DNA from: Pseudomonadota bacterium
GTDB lineage: Bacteria > Pseudomonadota > Gammaproteobacteria > Burkholderiales > JACQAP01
Direction of reading: 5' to 3'
DNA: 64,000 bases
Assembly: GCA_038040175.1 (NCBI GenBank)
Contig: JBBPIT010000006.1
Span: forward strand, 19,991-83,990
Every line of letters starts with the position of its first letter. The first letter of the stretch is position 1. Of the stretch, positions 56,542-64,000 are shown one piece after another. The notes below the pieces were generated by a model that saw only the letters and a program-made list of their open reading frames with translations, was not told the origin of the DNA and did not search any database. A program made the translations under genes and the position numbers.

Positions 56542-57996
56542 CTACATGTGATAAGCCGTTTCGCCGTGCTCGGTGATGTCCAGGCCTTCGCGCTCCTTGT
56601 CTTCCGGTACGCGCAGACCGATGACCAGATCGACGATCTTGTAGGCGATTGCAGCCACGACGCCGGACCAGATCAGCGTTGTACCCACGCCCCAGGCCTG
56701 CGAGACGAACTGGGTGGCGATCGAGTAGTCCGGTGTAACGGCGTTGGCCACGTAATCGTAGACCCCGGTGCCGCCGAGCTTTGGCGAACAGAACACCGCC
56801 GTACCCAAAGCGCCGATGATGCCGCCGATGCAGTGCACGCCGAACACATCGAGCGAGTCGTCGTAGCCGAACATCTTTTTCAGGCCGCTCACCCCCCACA
56901 GGCAGATGATGCCGGCGATGATGCCCAGCACGATGGCCCCCATCGGGCCGACGAAACCGCAGGCCGGGGTGATGGCGACCAGGCCGGCGACCGCGCCGGA
57001 GGCGATGCCCAGCATGCTCGGCTTGCCCTTCACCAGCCATTCGACGAACATCCAGGCCAGCGCCGCAGCGGCGGTGGCGAGCAGAGTGTTCACGAACACC
57101 ATCGCGGCGAAACCGGTGGACTCGAGGTTGGAGCCGACGTTGAAGCCGAACCAGCCCACCCACAGCAGCGAGGCGCCGACCATGGTCATGGTCGTGCTGT
57201 GCGGCGGCATGGCTTCCTTGCCGTAACCGATGCGCTTGCCGATCATCAAGCAGCCCACCAAGCCGGCGATACCGGCGTTGATGTGCACCACCGTGCCGCC
57301 GGCGAAGTCCAGCGCGCCTTTCTGCCAGATGAACCCCGCGGTGGCGGTGGCGGTGGCGGCGGCCTCAGCCGACGAATAAGCGTCGGGTCCGGCCCAGTAC
57401 CACACCATGTGCGCGATCGGCAGGTAGGAGAAGGTGAACCACAGCGCCATGAACAGCAGCACCGCGGAGAACTTCACGCGCTCGGCAAAGGCGCCGAGGA
57501 TCAGCGCCGGGGTGATCGCCGCGAATGTGAGCTGGAAGACGATGTAAATGTACTCGGGGATTACCACGCCCTTGCTGAAAGTGGCGACGTTCGAATCCGG
57601 CGTCACCCCGCTCAGGAAGGCGCGACCCAGCCCCCCGAAGAAGGCGTTGCCCTCGGTGAAGGCGATGCTATAACCGTAAATCGCCCACAGCACCGCCAGC
57701 AAGGAGAAAGTGGCGAACACCTGCATGAGCAGCGACAACATGTTCTTGGCGCGGACCATGCCGCCGTAGAACAATGCCAGGCCCGGGATCGTCATCAGAA
57801 TTACCAGCACGGTGGCGGTGATCATCCACGCCGTGTCGCCTTTGTTCGGCACCGGGGCGGCCGCTGGAGCCGCCGCGGGAGCCGTAGCAGCAGCAGCCGT
57901 GGGCGCGTCTGCCGCAGGCGCATCCTCAGCAAAGCTCGGGGCGGACAAACCCAGCACTCCGCACAGAGCAAACAGCATCAGAATCTTTCTAATCAT
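56542..57996 (-). CDS. amtB: ammonium transporter
   Basis: The start is placed at MIRKILMLFALCGVLGLSAPSFA (signal peptide). Amt family TM sequence reads DFAGGTVVHINAG. Confidence 0.92.
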   Translation of the reverse strand: MIRKILMLFALCGVLGLSAPSFAEDAPAADAPTAAAATAPAAAPAAAPVPNKGDTAWMITATVLVILMTIPGLALFYGGMVRAKNMLSLLMQVFATFSLLAVLWAIYGYSIAFTEGNAFFGGLGRAFLSGVTPDSNVATFSKGVVIPEYIYIVFQLTFAAITPALILGAFAERVKFSAVLLFMALWFTFSYLPIAHMVWYWAGPDAYSSAEAAATATATAGFIWQKGALDFAGGTVVHINAGIAGLVGCLMIGKRIGYGKEAMPPHSTTMTMVGASLLWVGWFGFNVGSNLESTGFAAMVFVNTLLATAAAALAWMFVEWLVKGKPSMLGIASGAVAGLVAITPACGFVGPMGAIVLGIIAGIICLWGVSGLKKMFGYDDSLDVFGVHCIGGIIGALGTAVFCSPKLGGTGVYDYVANAVTPDYSIATQFVSQAWGVGTTLIWSGVVAAIAYKIVDLVIGLRVPEDKEREGLDITEHGETAYHM

Positions 57997-58006
57997 GACG
58001 TTCTCC

Positions 58007-58396
<390 letters not shown>

Positions 58397-58410
58397 TTAT
58401 GATGCGTTTG

Positions 58411-59190
58411 TTAAAAAGTCTTGCCGACCGACACGATCACGGCGGAATCACCGATGAAGACGTTTTCGGTCCCCTTCGCGTACGTGTAGTTCGCTTCCTC
58501 GGCATCGGTGTCCTTATAAGCCAGGCCGAAGTTGAAGCCGCTCCACATGTAGTTCACGCCGATTTTGTAGTCCGTGTAGTCGAGGTCAACGCCGGGAGCG
58601 GTACCTTCGACGGTCTGTTGACCGACGTGCGCAGAGACCGAGAAGGCATCATTAATCGGATACGTGGCGTTGAGTTCGACGTACATGGACCCGTCGCTGC
58701 CGTCGCTGAAGATTGCCGGGAACGTCGTCTGGTTTCCGCCGAAAAAATCCGACACTGCAAAGGAAAGTTTCGCACTTATCCATTTCCAGGAACCGCCGGC
58801 GTAGATTTCAGTCGTGTCGTACTTTTCGCCGGGTGCAGGCTCGCCACCGGGGTAGTAATAGAGAAGCGCGCCGACGTTGACGCCGAAATCGCCGAAGGTC
58901 TTGGCCCAGCCGCCGTAGAAGTCCCACTCCATGTTTGCGGGGCCGTACAGGCTCTGGCTCACGTTGGAACCCCAGGTGCCAAGGTACAGGCCGCTCGAAT
59001 GTGTATAGTCGAAGCTTCCCTGGATCGCCGGCTCCTCCAGCGTCTGGCTCAATCCGCGGAAAGAGTAGTCGGATACGAAACTGAGATTGCCGGTAATAGT
59101 GTGGGGAGAAGCGGCCTGCTCGGCCAATACGGCCCCGGGCAGGGCAAAAGCGCTAATCACAGCAACGGCAAGAAGATTTTTTTTTAGCAA
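58411..59190 (-). CDS. TorF-family putative outer-membrane porin
   Basis: A signal peptide is followed by TGNLSFVSDYSFRGLSQTLEEPAIQGSFDY and a C-terminal F. It sits upstream of glnK-amtB, as is often seen. The start is TTG per the track. Confidence 0.8.
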   Translation of the reverse strand: MLKKNLLAVAVISAFALPGAVLAEQAASPHTITGNLSFVSDYSFRGLSQTLEEPAIQGSFDYTHSSGLYLGTWGSNVSQSLYGPANMEWDFYGGWAKTFGDFGVNVGALLYYYPGGEPAPGEKYDTTEIYAGGSWKWISAKLSFAVSDFFGGNQTTFPAIFSDGSDGSMYVELNATYPINDAFSVSAHVGQQTVEGTAPGVDLDYTDYKIGVNYMWSGFNFGLAYKDTDAEEANYTYAKGTENVFIGDSAVIVSVGKTF

Positions 59191-59259
59191 GGCGATATTC
59201 CTTTAGTGATGACTGCAACAAAGACGGCAACGAACCCAAAAACAGCCGCTAGAGTCGTC

Positions 59260-59275
59260 AGCATTTACCATGCCA
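59260..59275 (-). promoter_or_regulatory. sigma54 (-24/-12) promoter candidate for porin-glnK-amtB
   Basis: The minus strand reads TGGCAT-GGTAA-ATGCT with GG and GC at the correct spacing, ~70 nt upstream of the porin start. Confidence 0.55.
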
Positions 59276-59350
59276 CACAAAAATCTCATTCAAATGAATG
59301 TGTTAATCATATTCCGGGTGAGGGCGCGCGCAGCGATGCACTAAAGAAAT

Positions 59351-59384
59351 GCACCGTTGGAGTGCCCCTGCACCTTGCCGGTGC
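59351..59384. promoter_or_regulatory. two NtrC-type enhancer sites
   Basis: GCACC-GTTGG-AGTGC lies at 59351-59365. The perfect GCACC-TTGCC-GGTGC lies at 59370-59384. Both are 75-125 nt upstream of the sigma54 motif. Confidence 0.5.
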
Positions 59385-59432
59385 GGAAGGGCGCAGGGGT
59401 CGCTTTGCTACACTTCGCGAAGGAGGCTGCCC

Positions 59433-59678
59433 GTGGATACCAAGCTCTTGGATGAATTGAATCGCAGGGTGAACAATTTGATCGCCGCCACCCCGGCGAA
59501 AGACATCGAGAAGAATCTGCGCGCGCTGCTGTCGAGCGCTTTCTCGCGGCTCGATCTGGTGACGCGCGAAGAATTCGATGTGCAACAGGAGGTGCTCCGC
59601 CATACTCGTGAGAAGCTGCAACAGATGGAGGCGCGGGTTGCGGAGCTGGAAGCAAAGCTGAAAAGGGGTGAGGCGTGA
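59433..59678 (+). CDS. ubiK: UbiK/YqiC-family accessory factor (coiled-coil)
   Basis: The GTG at 59433 is preceded by GAAGGAGG. The sequence reads DTKLLDELNRRVNNLIAA...LVTREEFDVQQEVL...LEAKL. The last codons lie inside repeat element G. Confidence 0.78.
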   Translation: MDTKLLDELNRRVNNLIAATPAKDIEKNLRALLSSAFSRLDLVTREEFDVQQEVLRHTREKLQQMEARVAELEAKLKRGEA

Positions 59679-59888
59679 GGCGAGAGGCGAGAGGCGCGAA
59701 CCGATGAATCCCGCGAATCCCCAGCCGCGACGCGCTCGCTTGAGGCGCCCAGTCGCCTGTTCTCGTGTCGCGGCTCTTTATACCCGACCCTCGATACCCC
59801 TCAAGGCGGTATTGAAAAGAATCCTGAATCGGCGATTCTCTAATTTCGCCTTCCTTACGCCTCTCGTCTCTCGCCTTACGCCTCACCC
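59667..59888. repeat. tandem-repeat-armed hairpin element G (unit G[TA]GAGGC)
   Basis: The left arm is GGTGAGGCGTGAGGCGAGAGGCGAGAGGCG. The right arm at 59847-59888 is its imperfect reverse complement. The centre is ~150 nt. Confidence 0.82.
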
Positions 59889-59896
59889 TCATTGAC

Positions 59897-61393
59897 GTGT
59901 CCCTCGCCGTCCTTTACAGCAGGGCGCTGGCCGGCATGGAAGCGCCGCCGGTCACCGTAGAGGTTCATCTCGCCAACGGGCTGCCGAATTTCACCATCGT
60001 CGGATTGCCCGAGGTCGAAGTAAAAGAGAGCAAGGACCGGGTGCGCTCCGCCCTGCTCAACTGCCGTTTCGAATTTCCCGCCCGACGCATTACCGTCAAT
60101 CTCGCGCCCGCAGACCTGCCCAAGGAAAGCGGCCGCTTCGATCTGCCGATCGCACTCGGCATCCTCGCGGCCTCCGCGCAAATTCCCGCCAACAGGCTCG
60201 GCGAGTATGAATTCGCGGGAGAGCTTGCATTGACCGGTGAACTGCGTCCCATCAGGGGCGCGCTGGCCATGACCTACCACGCGCATCGTTCCGGCCGCGC
60301 CTTCGTGCTGCCGGTGGAGAGCGCAACGGAAGCATCGCTGGTGCGGGACGCGTTGGTCTATCCGGCTGCCACACTGTTGCAGGTGTGCGCACACCTTGCC
60401 GGGCGCGAGATCCTGCAGCGCGCCGCCGATCCGCCGCCGTCGCCGGCTGCGGCCTTTCCAGACCTGGCGGAGGTCAAGGGCCAGGCGCCGGCCAAACGGG
60501 CGCTCGAAGTCGCTGCCGCCGGCGGCCACAGCGTGCTCATGGTTGGCCCTCCGGGGACCGGCAAGACCATGCTCGCCGAGCGCTTTGCCGGCATCCTGCC
60601 GCCGATGACCGAGGAGGAGGCGCTGGCCTCCGCGGCGATGCAATCGCTGGGCAGCCAGGGCTTCGACCTGCGCAACTGGAAGCGCCGTCCTTATCGCGCG
60701 CCGCACCACACCGCCTCGGCGGTGGCGCTGGTTGGCGGCGGCAGCAATCCGCGTCCGGGAGAGATCTCGATGGCGATGCACGGCGTGCTGTTCCTGGATG
60801 AGCTGCCCGAGTTCGGCCGCGATGTGCTGGAAGTACTGCGCCAGCCGCTCGAGTCCGGAAAGATCAGCGTGTCGCGCGCCGCGCGCCAGGCCGAGTTTCC
60901 GGCGCGCTTTCAATTGATCGCGGCGATGAATCCCTGTCCCTGCGGTTTCCTCGGGCACTATAGCGGCAAGTGCCGCTGCACCCCGGACCAGGTCACGCGC
61001 TATCGCCACCGCATCTCCGGGCCGCTGATGGATCGAATCGACCTGCATATCGAAGTACCGGCGGTTCCGGGACAGGAGATCGCTTCGCGCCAGCCCGGCG
61101 AGCCGAGCGCATCGGTGCGCGAGCGGGTCAGCGCCGCGCGCGACATTCAACTGCAGCGCCAGGGCAAGCCGAACGCGTTGCTGTCGGTGAAGGAGATCGA
61201 GAGCTATTGCGTTGCCGAACCGCAAGGGGAGCAGCTGGCGCGCCAGGCCATCACCCGACTGGGGTTGTCGGCGCGCGCCTACCACCGGATTCTGAAAGTG
61301 GCGCGCACCATCGCCGATCTCGCCGGCGCGGCTACGATCTCCGCGGCGCATGTAGCGGAGGCTGTGCAGTACCGGCGCTTCGAACGGATCTAA
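59897..61393 (+). CDS. comM: YifB/ComM-family Mg-chelatase-like AAA+ ATPase
   Basis: The N-terminal Lon-protease-like domain reads VEVHLANGLPNFTIVGLP. Walker A reads GPPGTGKTM. The C-terminus reads SARAYHRILKVARTIADL. Confidence 0.9.
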   Translation: MSLAVLYSRALAGMEAPPVTVEVHLANGLPNFTIVGLPEVEVKESKDRVRSALLNCRFEFPARRITVNLAPADLPKESGRFDLPIALGILAASAQIPANRLGEYEFAGELALTGELRPIRGALAMTYHAHRSGRAFVLPVESATEASLVRDALVYPAATLLQVCAHLAGREILQRAADPPPSPAAAFPDLAEVKGQAPAKRALEVAAAGGHSVLMVGPPGTGKTMLAERFAGILPPMTEEEALASAAMQSLGSQGFDLRNWKRRPYRAPHHTASAVALVGGGSNPRPGEISMAMHGVLFLDELPEFGRDVLEVLRQPLESGKISVSRAARQAEFPARFQLIAAMNPCPCGFLGHYSGKCRCTPDQVTRYRHRISGPLMDRIDLHIEVPAVPGQEIASRQPGEPSASVRERVSAARDIQLQRQGKPNALLSVKEIESYCVAEPQGEQLARQAITRLGLSARAYHRILKVARTIADLAGAATISAAHVAEAVQYRRFERI

Positions 61394-61424
61394 AACACTT
61401 TCACCTTTGCGGTGAGGAATCTCC

Positions 61425-62459
61425 GTGGATGAGCTGAAAAGCTGGCAGGAAGAGAAGAGCTCCGCGCACCTGTACCGCGTCGTCGCGGAGCAGGAGGCCG
61501 GCACGGCGCGCCAGGGACTGTTCCTTCAATTGGCGCGCGAAGCGGAGAAGCAGGCCGGGATCTGGGAGCAGAAGATCGGCGAGGCGGGCGGCGTGGTACC
61601 GGAGCGCTTCAGTCCAGACCTGCGTACCCGCATCGTCGCCGCGCTGGTCAAAAAAATGGGGCCGCGGCCACTGCGCTCGATGCTGGCCGCGATGAAGGTG
61701 CGCGGCATGTCGCTGTATGCCGGGGCCGATCCGCGCCACTACGTTCCGGATTCCACCGCAGGAATGGAGCGCCGCCACCGGGGGCTGGCGAGCGGCGGCA
61801 ATCTGCGTGCCGCGGTTTTCGGCGTAAACGACGGGCTGGTCTCGAACGCGAGCCTGATTTTCGGTATCGCGGGCGCAACTTCCGACAGCAGGATGATTCT
61901 TCTATCCGGAATTGCCGGACTGCTTGCCGGGGCGTTCTCGATGGCGGCGGGCGAGTACGTGTCGGTGCGCTCGCAGCGCGAAATGTACGAGTATCAGATC
62001 GGCCTTGAGCGCGACGAACTCGCCCAATACCCGGAAGAAGAAGCCTCCGAATTGGCGCTGATCTACGCCGCCCGCGGCATTCCCGAGGACGAGGCCAGGC
62101 GGATGGCCGACGTGATTCTGGTGGACCCATCGAGGGCGCTGGACACGCTCGCGCGGGAAGAACTCGGCCTCAATCCCGACGAGCTGGGTTCGCCCTGGGG
62201 TGCGGCGGGATTCTCGTTTTTCTCGTTTGCGGCCGGCGCCCTGCTGCCGTTGCTGCCTTTCCTGTGGAGTTCCGGCGCGGGGAGTCTGGCTGTATCGGTC
62301 GGGCTGACTGCGGCGTCGCTGTTCGCGGTCGGCGCGGCGCTGTCACTATTCACCGGCCGGCAGGCACTGCGCGGCGGACTGCGCATGCTCACGATCGGCG
62401 GTGGTGCAGGGCTGCTGACGTTCCTGATAGGGAGACTTGTCGGGGTGAGTCTGGGCTAG
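61425..62459 (+). CDS. VIT1/CCC1-family transporter with N-terminal ferritin/rubrerythrin-like domain (MbfA-like)
   Basis: NLRAAVFGVNDGLVSNASLIFGIAGA, AGEYVSVRSQRE and C-terminal TM helices. Confidence 0.82.
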   Translation: MDELKSWQEEKSSAHLYRVVAEQEAGTARQGLFLQLAREAEKQAGIWEQKIGEAGGVVPERFSPDLRTRIVAALVKKMGPRPLRSMLAAMKVRGMSLYAGADPRHYVPDSTAGMERRHRGLASGGNLRAAVFGVNDGLVSNASLIFGIAGATSDSRMILLSGIAGLLAGAFSMAAGEYVSVRSQREMYEYQIGLERDELAQYPEEEASELALIYAARGIPEDEARRMADVILVDPSRALDTLAREELGLNPDELGSPWGAAGFSFFSFAAGALLPLLPFLWSSGAGSLAVSVGLTAASLFAVGAALSLFTGRQALRGGLRMLTIGGGAGLLTFLIGRLVGVSLG

Positions 62460-62496
62460 GCATGGCCGGCCGTCGGCCGGCATGAAGTGCGTTTAC

Positions 62497-62602
62497 GCAG
62501 AGGACGCAAAGGAAAGGCAAGAAAGGACGCAGAGAAAATCCAATCCAGTTGTTCTTTTGCCTCGACCATGGTCTTTCCCTGGTCTTTGATCGTTGCTCTT
62601 CC
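62497..62602. repeat. possible degenerate member of the hairpin-element family
   Basis: The purine-rich left part (GAGGACGCAAAGGAAAGGCAAGAAAGGACGCAGAG) faces a pyrimidine-rich right part (TTCTTTTGCC...TCTTTCCCTGGTCTTT). Complementarity is only partial. Confidence 0.3.
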
Positions 62603-62639
62603 CGATTGACACCAGCCCATCAACCCGCTAACGTTGTCT

Positions 62640-62695
62640 TCGCGCCGATTTGATTCTCAGCTTGCGGGCGCTTAACAAATACCGCTAAAGCGTGG
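62640..62695 (+). promoter_or_regulatory. candidate SAM-II-like (metA-motif) riboswitch aptamer in the metH leader
   Basis: UCGCGCC-GAUUU...AGCUUGC-GGGCGC...GCUAAAGCG forms a hairpin (GCGCC/GGCGC). Its loop GCUU can pair with the downstream AAGC in an H-type pseudoknot. It resembles my recollection of the SAM-II consensus but is not verified by a covariance model. Confidence 0.35.
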
Positions 62696-62703
62696 AACGA
62701 AAA

Positions 62704-62737
62704 CCCGTCCCACTCAAGCGGACGGGTTTTTTGTTTT
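62704..62737 (+). terminator. intrinsic terminator/attenuator 11 nt before the metH start codon
   Basis: CCCGTCC-cactcaagc-GGACGGG, extendable by A:U pairs, followed by TTTTTTGTTTT. Confidence 0.8.
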
Positions 62738-62747
62738 CGGAATCGGA

Positions 62748-64000
62748 ATGCCAAACCAGCGCATACATCTGCTGCACAGCCTGCTCAAGGAGCGAATCCT
62801 CGTCCTCGATGGCGCCATGGGCACCATGATCCAGGGCCACAAGCTGGACACCCACCACTATCACGGCGACCGCTTCCAGGCGCACCACTGCGACCAGAAG
62901 GGCAACAACGACCTGCTGACCCTGACCCAGCCGCAGATCATTCGCGGAATCCACTCGGCCTATCTGGATGCAGGCGCGGACCTGATCGAGACCAACACGT
63001 TCAACTCGAACGCGGTGTCGATGGCCGACTACGGCATGACCCACCTGGCGTACGAGTTGAACAGCGCAGGGGCGCGGCTGGCGCGGTCCGCTGCCGACGA
63101 GTTCACCAGGAATCATCCCGCCAAGCCGCGTTTCGTCGTCGGCGTGCTTGGGCCCACCAGCCGCACCGCATCGATGTCGCCGGACGTGAACGATCCGGGA
63201 TTTCGCAACGTTTCCTTCGACGAACTGGTGGCCTGTTACGGCGAATGCGTGAAGGGTTTGCTCGACGGCGGGGTGGACCTGCTGATGGCCGAGACGGTGT
63301 TCGACACGCTCAACTGCAAGGCCGCGCTGTTCGCAATCGACGACTACTTCGTCCGCAATGGCGTGTACGTGCCGGTCATGGTGTCCGGCACCATCACCGA
63401 TGCCAGCGGCCGCACGCTTTCCGGCCAGACCACCGAGGCGTTCTGGAACTCGATTTCTCACGCGCGGCCGTTCTCGGTCGGGCTGAACTGCGCGCTCGGC
63501 GCCAAGGACCTGCGGCCCTACATCGAGGAGTTGTCGAAGGTCGCCGATGTGCACACCAGCCTGCACCCAAACGCCGGGCTGCCGAATGCTTTCGGCGAGT
63601 ACGACGAAACGCCGGAGTACACCGCCTCGTTCCTCAGGGAATTCGCGCAAAGCGGATTCCTGAATATCGCCGGCGGTTGCTGCGGCACCACGCCGGCGCA
63701 CATCAAGGCGGTCGTCGAGGCACTCAAGGACGTGGCGCCGCGCAAGGTACCCGTTATCGACAAGAAACTGCGTCTTTCCGGGCTGGAACCGTTCAACGTC
63801 TCCGACGACTCGCTGTTCGTGAATGTCGGCGAACGCACCAACGTCACCGGCTCGAAAGCGTTCGCGCGCCTGATCCTCTCCGGCAACTATAGCGAGGCGC
63901 TCTCGGTGGCGCGCAGCCAGGTCGAGAACGGCGCGCAGATGATCGACGTCAACATGGACGAGGCGATGCTGGATTCGAAGAAGGCGATGGTGACCCTCCT
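62748..64000 (+). CDS. metH: cobalamin-dependent methionine synthase, N-terminal part (runs off window)
   Basis: Not in the ORF track because no stop is reached. Manual translation from ATG 62748 gives [29 protein letters not shown]...[10 protein letters not shown]...GLNCALG...NAGLPN...[11 protein letters not shown] (the Hcy-binding domain), then the start of the pterin domain. Confidence 0.9.
   Translation, partial: MPNQRIHLLHSLLKERILVLDGAMGTMIQGHKLDTHHYHGDRFQAHHCDQKGNNDLLTLTQPQIIRGIHSAYLDAGADLIETNTFNSNAVSMADYGMTHLAYELNSAGARLARSAADEFTRNHPAKPRFVVGVLGPTSRTASMSPDVNDPGFRNVSFDELVACYGECVKGLLDGGVDLLMAETVFDTLNCKAALFAIDDYFVRNGVYVPVMVSGTITDASGRTLSGQTTEAFWNSISHARPFSVGLNCALGAKDLRPYIEELSKVADVHTSLHPNAGLPNAFGEYDETPEYTASFLREFAQSGFLNIAGGCCGTTPAHIKAVVEALKDVAPRKVPVIDKKLRLSGLEPFNVSDDSLFVNVGERTNVTGSKAFARLILSGNYSEALSVARSQVENGAQMIDVNMDEAMLDSKKAMVTL

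Noticed and set aside
62560-62747. SAH riboswitch upstream of metH (common in beta-proteobacteria).
   Set aside because: The conserved AGGAGCGC...GGCUC...GGCGCUC blocks I recall for the SAH element are not present in the leader.

Overview
This is a high-GC proteobacterial chromosomal segment. Gene content and synteny look betaproteobacterial, which is an inference. The left ~7.9 kb is an accessory toxin-antitoxin/defence island. It holds a 5'-truncated hipA and a TumE/TumA-like pair bracketed by short inverted repeats. It also holds an RHH antitoxin-like gene translationally coupled to an unassigned 80-aa ORF, with that pair bracketed by ~145-bp direct repeats. The island ends with a single-chain MmeI-like type IIL restriction-modification enzyme followed on the same strand by a 421-aa protein with a C-terminal HEPN Rx4H motif. 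This last pair is my best candidate for an undescribed system. The rest of the window is core metabolism. In order it contains icmF, a fused indolepyruvate:ferredoxin oxidoreductase with a divergent Lrp-type regulator, and a cytoplasmic BtuF-like protein. Next is an 8.8-kb six-gene block (a SAM-cyclase-STAND-TPR protein plus a Liv-type ABC transporter) bracketed by ~155-165-bp inverted repeats. Then come corA, phaC, an mtnA/class II aldolase/MBL operon, and a LiuR-associated leucine-catabolism cluster. After these are a GST, nudC, lpdA, proA, holA, PTS EI/HPr/EIIA-Man, gshB, gshA, porin-glnK-amtB, ubiK, comM and a VIT-family transporter. The window closes with the 5' part of metH, which is preceded by a riboswitch-like leader with an intrinsic terminator. 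The most striking non-coding signal is a family of at least eight intergenic hairpin elements whose arms are tandem 7-9-nt repeats. I recognised no rRNA, tRNA, CRISPR array, transposase or integrase. All domain calls come from reading the translated ORFs and recalling family motifs, because no searches were run. Coordinates of non-ORF features were indexed by hand and may be off by 1-2 nt.
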